Source: Raillietiella orientalis
Lineage: Eukaryota
Direction: 5' to 3'
Length of the DNA: 64,000 nucleotides
Assembly (NCBI GenBank): GCA_036172245.1
Contig: JAYWIR010000003.1
Span: 6,448,001-6,512,000, forward strand
The notes below the pieces were generated by a model. That model searched no databases, was not told where the DNA came from, and saw only the letters and a list, made by a program, of their open reading frames with translations. The translations under genes were made by a program, and so were the position numbers. Positions 1-13,805 of this stretch are shown here, one piece after another. Position 1 is the stretch's first letter. The number at the start of each line of letters is the position of its first letter.

Positions 1-640
1 CCAGTTGAGCTACTACAGGGTGTCTTCCGGATCCAACTTGAGGAGTCATCGAATCGCACGGTTACATATCACAGTTCTTTTAAAAGCACAGCTATGTGAT
101 ACACATAGGGCAGAAATCAACAAATTAACAAATACTGCGTCATGAGAATCAGTGGTTGCGCGCGATACTTTGGGGATGGAGATCGTGCACCAACTTGGAG
201 CACCCAAAGTTCTTTGAACGCCGCAACCTATTTTTCCCGTGTTGACTGCCCTGACAAATTCATGTAATGGCCTTCGGCATATTTCGAAGCCTACCACGGC
301 CTTAAACAAAACCAATACTTTATCTTCCAGGAATGCCCCTATTTTATCTGCTGCAAGGAATGGCAGGTAAGTGGTGGCTTCACTTGCCTGCTATTCTTTC
401 CACTATTCCATTGGCTGCGAGTTGCACTAAATTTTATACAACACGAAGACACACAAAAGTGCATACTTACACTGTGTGTCTTCGTGTACCAAAACAGAAC
501 ACACTAAACGGGAATATCTATGTAAATAAAAATTTATTTGTTCATTATTAAAATATTCTAAAAAAATCACTGAAAGTTATGTATTCAGATGACTAGATTT
601 TGCACTCCTGACTTCCTGACGACTAAAAGTAAAGCAACAA

Positions 641-3600
641 TCATCTCAGGATTTCTTCAACTGCTAATTCTTTTGGAAAGAAACCAATCTGCAAAGTGAA
701 AGAGAAACATGAAACACATCTGCAGCAACTATGCAATCACATGCAAAGATGCATGTTAATAAATTACTGAAGCCATTGCAAAACTGGAAAAAAGAACAAA
801 CCTCTTTTCCTATCTGACCCTTCCATAATTCTTTCTTTATTTCTTCTTTGCTTATTATAAAGAGTCTCTGGCCTTTTTTAAAACTTAAATGAAATGGTAT
901 GCTAGACCGATAGTTACAGCGTGCAATGGCTGCTGGACGAATTTCCTTATAGGGTATAAGAAGAGTTGTATTCAGGCTGAAAATATGCTCAATCATGTGT
1001 ACTGTCTTCTATCTGCTACTTACTTTCCAAAAATTTCCATAAGGCTATGCAGCATGTAATATTCTATTAGTTCAATTTCCGAATTAAAAATTCGTTTTTC
1101 TGATAGGTAAACTGAATTCACACCGCAGCGTAAGACCTTCATATGGCGAACAACACCATTGTAGCTCACACTAATGGCATGAAGATGTTTGGTGACACTG
1201 TTGCGCAACAAGAAGCACCCATTTGGTGTCTGACTTAAGAGGCACTCGGCTTCAGATCTCTCCATGTCGCCAACATACCAAGGATACTGTTTAAGCAAGA
1301 CAGTTTCATCGTGCACATGCAAATTGTTTGCTTGCACATGTGGCACGTGTGTGTCATCTCTATGCTGAGAGCACACGGTAAATCCAGCCTGCAACATAAT
1401 TGTTCAATTCTGTTGAGACAAATGACAATTTTTCTACCTTTCCTTTATAAGGTAAATCTACAAAACAATTATCACTTTCTTCTCTGAAAAACAAATCATT
1501 CGGATCACTTTTTTTGTTTCAAAAGTCCCATACTCATTAGAAAAGCGTGGAGGAACTGCTGGTAGCAATGTACAAACATTGACAATCGACAAAAGGCATT
1601 CGTGATGCACTGCATTGCGGCATTTGAGGCACTGGTATCCTTGATAGATGACACCTTTGAGCAGCCTCCCACAAACATTACATACTGCTGGTTCACTGAA
1701 GCTACTGTACTGGAGCTCATGGTGGGTACGGGGGCACTTGAAGACCACCATTAGGTCCCTAAAACAATCCTGTAGTCCAAAGTTCAGTATTTTGTTTCCT
1801 TTTATTTTCTTTACAATGCACTCCTCATGGCTTTTCTCCAGAGAACGTAACTTTCTTCATTTTTGGCAGCAAATGTGTAAGCATTGCTACGATCTTCTGG
1901 AACTAACAGCCATCCATATCCCCACTTTTCCCGCCGTATGGGAATGTCTTCCAGGCAATGACGCTCCAAGTGCAACAGGGCTTTGAATTTATATTCGTCG
2001 CTCTAACAGCAAAAACATTTTCCGCAATTTCGGGGATCACTGCACTTACTTTGATTTTGGTGATCACCAATAATTTGCTGAATAAAAATATGTATCTGAA
2101 AAGCGGTTCGTACTCCTTGGCAGATAAATTTTGTACTTTTTACCTGCTTTTCATCTTGTTCTCTTCGTGTGATCTTAGTTTTACTTCACCATCCTTTATC
2201 AGGCGGCCATAATCCTTGGGCTTGAGGACTTCCGAGGTGTGCCAATTTGTAATGCTGTTGAGGATGTGGTCAACGTTTTGGAAGCAATCCGCATCCCTTT
2301 TAAATTCGTTTATGAATTCGGAAATATCGACCATTGCATCATAGGCACGTGCAACAGCAAAGTAGTCATCTGTGTTCTTCAGTGAAGACAAATATTAATT
2401 TCGAAGACAAAACCATACGTACTGTGGGCGTGTTTTTCATTAAGCGGTCCAGCAGCAGGTGATACTTCAGAACGCGCTGAACTGGTATCGACAGCAAATC
2501 TCGAAGGTGAAATTTGCCTTTGTTGGCTTTGAGCTGACAGTCCTGAAACCATTAACCCGTGGTGGGCGCCAAATGCATTACTTATACCGACATAAACGTG
2601 GTGGGAGAAACTTTCGTTATTGCGGCAACATTCATCGAGAGTGTGCTGCGCTTTCGGTAAGTTCGTACAGAACTCTCCGTAAAACACAAATTTCATCTTC
2701 CAGTTCACAATGGTAACGGCGACATGCTGCAGCTTCGAAATTATACCAGGGGACTTTTGGAGTTCATCATGGAACATACTGTGCAATTCTCTTAGTTCCT
2801 GGTAATTCCCCTTTATGAAGTGAAAACTCAAGTTGCGCGAATGCACACCTTGATACCGAAAAATATACACTTGTGCTGTGGATCCGAAATAATATCTGAA
2901 CTGTTCAGGGGCTCCACAAACATCGTCACCAGTTTATTAAGAACTTCTAAATAATTCGTTTCCGATTCCACTAATTCCTTCAGGCATAAATCCTGCTTGT
3001 CTGCCGGGACTTGGTTAAAAGAACAGCAACGTTTCTGGGCCGCACAATGACAGAAATCTCCCAACAAGTTGGCCCAAGTACAGACCTCATAATTCAGTGC
3101 ACACAAATCTTCATAGATCTGGGAATCTCCGATTGGGATGCTGCAGTAATCATTCAATTCCTCGTACGTGTAGCTACTGAAAGAGAAATCTCACTCAGCT
3201 CAAGCCGCCGTTTCCGGGAAACGATAACGAAGGAGCAAAGATGGCAAAAATTATTCACGCAGAATCGTTCTGACCAGTGGGTTCTTCCGAAACCTTTTAC
3301 ACGCTACTCTTTCGTTTCGAAGTTGGAAGGGTGGGGTGGGGTGGGGAGGGGGGCGGACTGCATTCCAAATGGAGAGAGAATACGTGAGTTACCCAAGCGA
3401 TGAGATGGAACTTGGAAGCTGTCTCAATCGCTAAGTCACAGGAGTTGAATTTTTTTTTTTAAAGACTTGGATTCACTTCTTGTGACTTATTGACCGCACT
3501 TTCTTATTTGCTCATTTGATGCAATGCCTTTCGAACTGTTGCGTGCTCACCGCAAACAACTCGGGGAAGTTTCAGAAAAACCAATTTGACTCGGTCGTCG

Positions 3601-6600
3601 CCTCGGATTTTCTTTCATGAACTTTATATATATATATCTGCCTCTCCAGAACCGAATTGCCGAGGTCGGACAACGCAATCCGAGGTCGCATCTTTGCGTT
3701 TCCAAATGCGGCGGGTCAGCTATCCTTTTGCCACTGTTTCTGGGATCTCAGGTTGCCGGCTGGAATTTTCATTCCCAAACACACGAAGACACGTCGGCAG
3801 AGTTTTCAAGAGTGCTGCCGACATACTGTTTTCCCGCTGACCATCATCGTCGTTCCCGTGACGAACACGCAGAATCGAGCCAGACGAGCTTTGGTTTGGC
3901 TGCGCCCGGAATTCCATCCGTTACACGTGTAGACGGAAATCGCTTACTACCGACCACACAAATACCAAACGCTGGCTCCTCCGATCAGCCACGTTTGCTT
4001 TTTCATTCCGGATCAGCCACTACTTGGGTGATACACCACTCAGCTACTACTTGCCCTTCTTGCCAGGAACTGCTGTGACTCGGAAGTCCGTCAATAAAGA
4101 TCTGGGTGGAGGAGAAGATTTGCTCTGATGCGCGAGTGCAGCCATCCATCAGTGCATCCACTCTTTTTGCCATTTTCCACAGAGAGTTTCACTACCGTCT
4201 GCGGACAGGTGACGATTATCCAGCAACTAAATCGTGTACTTGTGCCACATAAAAAATCTTTAACGTTTTAGACTTTTAACTGCAAGCTGAATACCAATAC
4301 TGTCTAATCTAAGAGGAAATGCTGTTTATAGTCCGCACGAACTACTCGGTTCTTGTTTCGAAGGAATTCTATCGACAACAAAAGTCTAAAATAACTGGAA
4401 AACACTATATAGAGTTCTTCGAACTGGGACTTCCACTAGTGAGACTCGCCACGTAAATCAGTAAAACAAAAGCATCCTGTGAACAGATCCACTATGAAAA
4501 GTCTTAACCAAAATGCATAAATGAACATACATGATTAAAAATCCCCTTGCAATGAAAACGAACTTGGCAACGGTGGTCTCCACGAGTCTGATCGGCACAA
4601 AGATTTCGATTAACACCTAGAATGAAAACCGTAAGAGATCGAACCGAAAACGAACATGTAGTCGATTATTTCCGTTTCCCCCTCTGGAACGTTTATTCCA
4701 GCGTTCCTGGACGCTTTTCTGCCCAACATGAAATTACTGCAATCGTCTGCAAGTGTGGCAACGGTGGTCGCCAAGGGTTACCAAATCCACTACGGCTACG
4801 AGAGAATGAAAGCAATACTTTTTTAAACCAACGAAAAGGAAACATCATAGGAAAACACACATCGTCCTTGCAAGTAAAAAAAAAAAAAAAGAAGCTGATC
4901 CACGCTGATCGAACATATGCCAATCACTTCTTTGCTGCTTGAAGAACAGACTCTCACACGCTCAAACCACCGACGTTTCCTGCAGGTACGCATAACATAC
5001 CTTGGTTGTCGTCGCTTTTTGTCTGTGTATTTCTTCATTTTGGAACGATGAGCCCTCGATTATCTGCGAAGGTTTCTAATGGATCCATCAATGGAAGCTA
5101 TAATCAGCTGAAACCGATACGTACGTGTACGCACGCCGGAAGTAAGGGAAGCTGTCAGAAAACGTATACAAAACAAGTGAGCCAGGTACAGCCAGGTCGG
5201 ACCTGGCTAAGATTTCAATCAGCCGGTTACTGGGCAGACGAATACTAAGAACGAATAAAAAGCGAATCCTTCGAACGAGCATACTGCAAACGAATCAACG
5301 ATTTCAAGTTTCCCACCCATTTAAATAAAGTGAAAGGAAGAAATAGGTTGAATTTTTCGTTTCGAAAAGTACAATCCCTGACTTCACGGTAACGGATTTC
5401 GATTAGCAAAGTCTACAGCCCAAGACAGTGAGAAATCGGAAGGTTCCCCGATCGGATGCTGTGACTCGCCAGTTTTCAGTTCAGAAAGAGAAGTTCAAGA
5501 GAAGAAAACAAACAGTGGATTTACCACGAATGGTAGAAAACACGCTCTAAGATTAGGCGGTACGCCACGGAGGGTCTGAACACTGCGGGAACCACCAAAC
5601 ACGTATTCGACACCCAAGTGGAAAACCGAACAACACGAAGAATTTGCAAAGGACACAGACTGTTGTACGCACATTTTTCTAAACTGGTACTACTTCTGGA
5701 GCAACAGCTTCCGCGTACTTTTAATTATATTATAATGGTTTCATATCTGACTTTCAATGTGATCAACTGGTTCTTTTGATTTCGGTTGCAAAAACAAACG
5801 TTGTAGCAATCACTGGATGACAGAATCACATGTGCCCCATCCATACCTACGGTGAAGCATTACATATCCGATGGTGAAACTTTTTTTTGTTACGCTTCAC
5901 AGTTGCATGAACTGTGAACGAATGTCAGCAGGAACCCAGTTTACATTAAGAAAAAAAAAAAACATTTAACCAACCAGTCGGTTTTTTGATACTGGAATTC
6001 TTTAATCATACAGTGCACAAGTTTCCACTTATGTATCTTAACCATAATTGTCCATCCTACACGTTCTTTAGAGTCCCGCAAAAAAATTTCACCCTTTAAC
6101 CGACAAATATTTATAATCAATGAAGCCTGCGTAATCGAAAGCAGTGCAAATGATCGTTTACACGGGGATATTAACATAAACATGAGGACACAATGCAAGC
6201 AACGAAAACATAACATGATGTGTTAACATGTTGTTAACAAGCTCAATGCTTAAAGAAAGCATAACTTTCAAATGGATCTCCATTATCATTCTTTTACGTT
6301 TCATACATATACAGGGAAAACAATACAATGAAAAACAATACAATGAAATATCGTTACCTGCTTAAAACACACTATTCTAAATTACCTGGCTATTTTTTCT
6401 AAATTCTTGTAAATATCTTCATGAGATCTACAAGAAGTGGAAGGGAAGCTCCTGCAAAGTATCACAAAATATACACATATATGCATGCACATTCTTAATA
6501 CATAGGTAAACAAGGTATTTACATCAGATACTTTAAAATTAAACAATTAAAGTCTTACTTTGAACTAAATCCATTATTGAAGATATTCAATTATATATTA

Positions 6601-9260
6601 ATTATAAGCTGCAATTTTAGATACATACGTACTTTATCCCTTTCCTCTGCGCTTTTGAACTGTGTGATAATTTTGATATGGTTTCCAAAACCTTAAAATG
6701 GATTAAAATAATCATACTGAGCAACTGACGTACCAATCGCAAATTCAAGAAACACTGATAGCAGCAAGTCACACATTTAAAACTCTCGATAATACATACA
6801 CCTTGTAATGCTGCACACCCTCAAATGTAACTAAAATTCATCAACGGAGATGTTCTGCATGTTTACATGGTTAAAATTACATGGTTAAAACTTTCTCAAG
6901 AAACTTTCAACTTGGCTTTCAAGAATAGTTTAGTAAAAGATCCAAACATTAACCTTGACAGTGCTAATAAAGCATAAGAATCTTGTAACATCTTGTGCTA
7001 TTACAGAGTTAGTAGCAATTCTCTGTAAACATACTAAGGTTAGATATAACCTTAGTTTAACCGTTAACATTCTGATTATGCATAAAATTGATTTATAACC
7101 AACCAACTCGTATAATATGAGATGAAGATAATAGTTTTCAAATCATGTCATAAGGCTTACAAACTATTTTTTCCTATATTCAAGTCTGAAAGCTTATACA
7201 AATGATTCAGATTTTATAACAGGTGCTATTGTGTGTATGCACCAAGCTTTATGAAAACAAAAATAGGGACAAGTTTCTGAGATTAAGAACACATAAGAGA
7301 AATGGTGCCCTTGCAGACACACAATGATAACCTTTCTTTCCTGTCTGGAAACTCATTCAGTTCTAGAATCTTGGATTGACAATGATGTAACATGATTGAT
7401 TATATGCCCTTAATGATGCAAATAATATTTCTTATCATTCAATATTTTGCAGGCTTGAACTCTCAAAAAATTAGATCATCACTCCATCAGTGTACATGGA
7501 TATGATGAACAGACAAGACAGAGATGTATACCAATGATTATAGGACATGGAACCCATCCACAAAATCTGTCTGCAGCTGGAAATACCAAGTTGCAGAAAG
7601 ATCTCTATAGCTAAGAAAAAAGTATCTATAACAAGAAATGTAATATGAAAAAAAAAAAAGAAACAGAAAAGACTTAAAAAGACATCCATTTCATTTATTT
7701 CATTTACTTATTATGATTTACTTTAAGATTTTGATATCCTTCCAATAAAACTTGCAAAACTGAAAATAGTAAACATGTAACCATGCTGTAATTTACAGAT
7801 GCTTGATAATAAACTGTATCATTTTCCATACAAATTCATGGTCAGAGAACTTTCAAAATATCTTAGACTCACCCAGAAAAATGGAAAAACTGAAAATATC
7901 CTTTACATAGGAATCAATAATTTTAAATATAAAAACAACCATGTTTATACATGCAAACAAATGCAACAAAATTAACAGGAAATTTATCACTATAACAATT
8001 ATACATGAAAATGCACATCATAATATGAATCACATGGAGTTTAATAACTCCACTGACTTGCTGCTCACTTAATTATTACACCATGATGTACCATCCAGTT
8101 TCAGAAACCATACATCAATTTTGTATTACTGATTTAACTGAAAGAATATGGTACAGAAATTCTATTTGTTAAGCACTGTCTCAACAGTAATAAATACATG
8201 AACTACTGCTCAATAATTCATTGTAGGAAATAATCAAGTGCGTGCTTTAATACTGTGGATAACCATTGGTTAAAACTGTTTCAATCGGAAAATATCAAAA
8301 CTCTTGAACTTGCACATCACACACAGACATAAACTACTAATCCAACAAGTGTAATTCAATCAGACATTAAGATAGTACGGTCAAATGAATAATAAACACC
8401 AGATCTGATCACAACCACTCAATGCAATTATTCAATTTTTCTGTTTTTAACACATATCATTAGATTTTATGTCAAAACAGCCAAATCACTGGAATAATAC
8501 TCAATAAAATGGCCTACTTAAAATGGACTGAACGATGTGATAAGCACAATAAAAGCACAATACATGGAGGATAATTACTGCCCTTTTAGCATACAGTTTG
8601 TAAAGGCATATGAAAAAAATAATAATAATGTTAATGCGGATAAATACCAAAAACAAGGGAAAGAATCATACCATTCTGAAATCTAATCCTTCAAACAACA
8701 TCATTGGGTCAAAAAGGTCATTTTCCTTTAATTCAAACGAGTTTCTGCAGGTTTGAAGAAACAGTCTTATATTTTTCAAACATAAAAACTGAAAGTAAAG
8801 GGTACATTAACACCTCGTTACAGCATAGGTCAATAGTCAACTAAGATTCCCATGTAAGCCGGAAATCCATAACTTCAAAGGTACTTAACAACTTTTATTT
8901 TAATACTTCAAAGGTTTGCAATGGAAAATATAGATTTAAATTATGATAAATAAGAAATTAATTGATAGGGCTGAAGAAGTGCAAACCTAAAGCTGCATTA
9001 CAGAAATACATGAAGAAGTTTTTGTACACTAAACGATAAATAAATTTTAAATGAACCTGGGCTAATTGCGGCCTCTGAGTAACTAGAGACATATTCAGTG
9101 ATGATGGATCCAATTCATGCAACAATTGGCATAACAGCACACCATCTCTTAAAGCATGAAATAAATCAACAAGAGTTGCCTCTGGCAGAGTCAGACGGTG
9201 ACCTCTTGGAAGAAGTGAACAAGACACTAACCATGACACACACTCTCTCCACAGTTGCAT
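641..9260 (-). CDS. vav: Vav-family Rho/Rac guanine nucleotide exchange factor (CH-acidic-DH-PH-C1-SH2-SH3), multi-exon
   Basis: GT-AG exons join in frame: 9260-9057 (CH, MQLWRECVSWL...LRDGVLLCQLL), 8788-8672 (FLCLKNIRLFL), 6691-6633, 6451-6386 (EDIYKNL), 3176-3086 (IYEDL), then DH exons 3034-2144 (ELVESETNY; LRDLLSIPVQRVLKYHLLL), PH ~2095-1816, C1 ~1757-1510 (CNVC...YQCLKC...HHEC), SH2 ~1390-1025 (WYVG...FLLRNS), SH3 ~960-800 and a last exon IGFFPKELAVEEILR with TGA at 641-643. AATAAA on - at 533-538. A single C-terminal SH3 is typical of invertebrate Vav. Confidence 0.95.
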
Positions 9261-10167
9261 CGCTCAAGTTGGTATCTTATGCTTTTCACTGAATAAATTT
9301 CTCTATTCGATATCGAAATTCATTTCACAATCATTTTCAACCGCGGATAGCTATCCATAACGTTAAGCACTCTTTCATTTTTGCACTCAAAGCAGAATTC
9401 TCATGTACGAAACGATATAATAAATCAGTAACGTGAGAACAGCAGTTCAACGAAACAAAGTATCGTTCTACGTGTGCATTTACATATTGCAATACATCAA
9501 ATTCATTTTTCTAAAGAACTGTGAATCACATTTGAAAACTTTCGTCATAAGTCATAAGCTTTTATAATAAATGCACCCTCTAATTTCATTTTGAGCCAAG
9601 TTTTTGGCAAATCCTAAGGCTATATCGAAACACCCAAAGTTTTCCGTTAAGTGATTGTTATTATTATAGCACTCGAATAAGACAATTCTCTTGAAGAATA
9701 AGGATTATTTTTATAAATGATTCGTTTCAGTTTCTGAAAGGCACTTCAAAAACTTCCTCGTGGATAAATCACCATATTGTGATAGTTTTAGCTCGAAATT
9801 ATAGTATCCATAAAGTAATGTATGAAAATATTTTTCCATTTCACATGGTTTGTTTGTTCTGATGTAGTAAAAAGAAACCTTTTTTTAACACTGTCAAGTA
9901 CAATGCTGCCCTGATGACAGCAAAACATTTGTAGTTTCGAGAATTAGTAAAGGATACGAACGAGGTTTCAAAAAGGAATTAAGGATATATATAAGGAATA
10001 TACAATTCATTGAGCTAGTAATTAAAAGTATTTGCATTGATTTTAAGGTACGTTTTTTTCAGTTTAAAAAAGCTTCCGGAAACTAAAACCACTACTGCAA
10101 TAACTGATACAGTCGTACATATTTTTTAATCTCCAAGAATACTTCAAATTTATTTTCTTGATACCCT

Positions 10168-13100
10168 CTACCTAGTATATTTACTTTGCATTTCTTTGTC
10201 AGCATTTCTTAACGCAGTTTCACTATGAGCAATTGAGGCACCCACTGTGGAGACTTTTACTCAATTTAGAAGGAATCTGTACTTAATTCCAATCTATACA
10301 TCATTGAAACCTACTCATTTTTGCTGGCCTCTGCACAACTAGAATCGAATTTAGAACATTTTTAACTTGAACAAGTTTTAACTTCGTTGCTTTACTGAAT
10401 CGAAAGTAAATACTTAATTGATAATGTGTTACAAACATATTGGAGGAATCTTTTCCGCCAATTCTTTTCCCCGATGTTAATTGTTTAGGAACCTTGAGAC
10501 TTCGATGCAGAACGCTTTCCTCACAGGAAAAGGAAATCATTGCAGCCTCCGAGCTGAATAACCGAAGATTCCTCGGGAAGTCTACAATACACCTATAGTA
10601 TCTGTTCGATAGAAAAGGATAGACTGATATTCTTTTCTCAAAGAGATTCTCATAGCACATTGAAAACTTACAAGTCTTTCTCTATCTGCCTATCACAAAA
10701 ATTTTCGAAAGCTTTCGAGATCAACAGTTACAGTCTTGTGACACAGAGAGCTAGTGCATCCTCAAGGGATATTTTGTTCCCTCTATTCAGAAATCCATCC
10801 AGTGCATAAACCATGCAGATACAAAATTATGTATCACTTCATTATTGTCGATAGCATTTTTTGGAGCAATTCAAATTTAAATATATGTGTGCGGTACTGC
10901 ACCTTCTTCTACTTTAGGCTTGCAATGGGATTGTAATTGTTTCCGATTGCTTCATGGATACTCTCCTCAATAGCTTCACTTATTACATTGCATCCAATTA
11001 AAAATCCATTCAAAATATAAAGGCGTTTGCCGTGTAAGGGAAAAATTCTAATTCATATCAAGCAGACTTTGGTTCTAAGAAATGAACGAAATATTCAAAC
11101 ATTATTTTTTTCATGAGAATGGAATTAATGATCATTTAAAGAGATGCTAAAATCACTGTGTTCCATATTCTGTATGTAAAATCACTGTATTCTGTACTCT
11201 GTAATTTGTGGTATGAGAAAATTCTTCAAATGACTGCTTTCTGAGGTTTGCAGACTTACATTTTTTTGTGAAGGTAGCTTTTATGTCCTATGATTTTCTC
11301 CCAACATAGGAAAAAGTTAATTTAATCTTTCAACATTGCTTACAGTTTTCGTTAGCAAAATTTGAGGAATTTCGTTACTTCTGGAGTAGAACCTGTGGCT
11401 ACTTCAATGAAAGAATGTCCACTTCTAAACTTTCATTTCAGTTTTCAGCTTTGTTGTTAGTTCAGTTGAAATATTTTGCATCTAACTTTGATGGCATGAA
11501 TATTGTGTAGATTTTGTTACTTACTAATATTATCTACAGTATTTCCATTGCTTATTATTATTTTAGGTATTGCCATTTCTATTGATTATATGTTATAGTT
11601 ATATTCATTTATAACTTAGTGTGTTTTTTGAGAGGAGTTTCAAATTCATCTATTAATTGTATTGTAGATGAGATATCTTCCATGTCATCCATTTTTATGA
11701 GGAAACAGTTTTTTATTATGAAAACTGCAATTCAATATACACTGAAAGACGGATTGATATATGTATAATTTAGTTATTGCAGTTCACTGAATTCGGTAAT
11801 TATTTTAGAATCTATGACGTTCATTTAATGCATATTGTCTAATTTAGACAACTATAAAAAGTAATGGATTTCCTCTGCATGCCCAGCCAGTATTTTAACT
11901 ACTTGATTTTTCAACTTCAAGTAATCTTTGATACTCCATTTGGTAGACTTCATTGACGGATTTTCTTTGAATTTCTGATTGTTTGCTTTGAAGCCACCTT
12001 CAGAATGAAACAACTTATGGAACTGTAAGTTTTTTCAAGTAATTTAATGATTTTATTGAGGAATTCAAATTAGGTACTTCTGTATGCTGTGTTCTCGGTT
12101 TTCAGTTTTGAAAAAATGGTTTCTCGGGGATGAACGATTGAGACGGTAAAAGTTGGACGTCTTCTTTTGAACTAAACAAACATTATAACGGTTCCTGGTG
12201 ATAAATCTTAAAAAAATAATGATCAGAATAATAGTAACTAGACATTGCCATTTTCTAGGAACTAAGGGCAGAAATATTGAATGTATAAAATATCCATCTA
12301 AAATCCAATGGTTTTGATGTTTTGCTATGTATGGGAAGCTTGCTATTATACGAATTGAAAGAATGTGAAATTTCTTTCAATTACTTCATATTATAGCAAG
12401 CTTTCATGCTTTGATTTTATGTTCCGTGCATATGCAAACATGACAATCGTTACATTTTAGTTGGAGGATATTTTCCTTGTCCATCTAAAGATATTCTCTG
12501 CATAGCAGAAACCAGGGCTTGTGCACTGATAAACCCGGTATTGTGATTATCCTGAATCATTCCCTATTTATTCACAAAATACTAATTTTCTTACAAGCTG
12601 TGGTCCAGGTTTTTCAAGTACCGGATCATTCACATGAGCCCTATTTCCAGTTTTAACTCCTTAAGTGGTTCCATATACTACAAATGTAGTTTTTGGATGC
12701 TGTCCTCATCTAGTTTAGCTTTCTTTGAACTATTTTTCTGCATAATTCCTTGTGCAAGAATGCAGAAAAACTGATTACAAAAACAAGGATATAGGGGATT
12801 CTCACATTGTATGAGATTTTTTTTGATTTAAATACCGTATGTTCAAGAAACTACTAGTGGTAAAGGATATTTGCTAACAAATTAGCCCTTGAAAGCCTGT
12901 TAAATGTTTGTTTTTTTACTTGCAAGTAGCACAATTAATCTATTAATTAACGTACTTATATCGAAAACGCTTTTTTAATCGTCTTTCTTTCATATTTCAC
13001 TAATGATTTTCGCTAATCTCTCAGACGTGATTGTTTCCAGTATTTCCATTTTTTTTCCGCTGTACTCATCCGAATCCAATTGCATATCTGACAAACGTTT

Positions 13101-13450
13101 TTATCTATGAGTAATCGAGGAAACGTTTCACTTTGAGCTTATTGTATTCGAAATGATTGTTTCTTTATCTCTTTAATGATTTTTTTTCTTATTCGATATT
13201 TAGATAGTTTTCTTGTAAGACCACTATCTAATCCCATAAATTGCACGCAGATTTCTTTTCTCATGTGAAAAATGTTTAGTGTTCGTTCTGTCCCTGCGAA
13301 AGTTTTACAGCAACGGATTGTCTGAGACTGCATTTAAACTTCTTCTTCAATTACTATGTTTCCATTTCTTTACTAATTTCTTTTGTGCTTTTGGCTATTT
13401 GATTGCCATAAGTGAAGTTCCCTTAATCAAATGTGCCCCTTTTTTGTAGA
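10168..13450 (-). CDS. Unidentified multi-exon protein-coding gene (5' structure not resolved)
   Basis: The last two exons join in phase across a 70-nt GT-AG intron (10245-10314), giving ...KNVLNSILVVQRPAKMMGASIAHSETALRNADKEMQSKYTR* with TAG at 10168-10170 and AATAAA on - at 10149-10154. Further exon-like open segments lie near 11.3, 11.9 (WLQSKQSEIQRKSVNEVYQMEYQRLLEVEK) and 12.7 kb. The region is CpG-depleted like neighbouring gene bodies. The 5' limit is approximate. Confidence 0.45.
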
Positions 13451-13605
13451 TTCATTGACGAACAAAGCTGCTGAAATACAGTAATGAAATAAAAAAAAAA
13501 TGCGATGCTATAAAAAAGAGTATATGTCTATGTGATGAAAAAAGAACGTGCAATGCTATTCTCAGTTCCCTTGCATTCGAAAGAAAAATTTCCTATTTTT
13601 CCTAT

Positions 13606-13677
13606 ATTGGTTAAATGTCGGTTAATTTCTGACGCAAGCTTGTTCCCTGCTGCTACAGCCCTGTGAGCATGACGTCA
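13606..13677. promoter_or_regulatory. Putative bidirectional promoter with inverted CCAAT box and perfect CRE
   Basis: ATTGG at 13606-13610 and palindromic TGACGTCA at 13670-13677, in a locally CpG-containing patch ~130 bp upstream of the SKA2-like ATG and between two divergent genes. Confidence 0.5.
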
Positions 13678-13805
13678 CGAAGCGCGAAGTTGTAGGTGTT
13701 CAAACTGGCCTTGTCGAAAGATATTTCGTGTAGCATTTGTTGTAAGGACCAAAGAGTGGGTTCACGGGATCAGATGTTATATTTTCTCCACAAGATTGCC
13801 TCGGA

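Noticed and set aside
1..370. Coding exon at the left edge
   Set aside because: Two short + frames are open but neither gives a recognisable protein.
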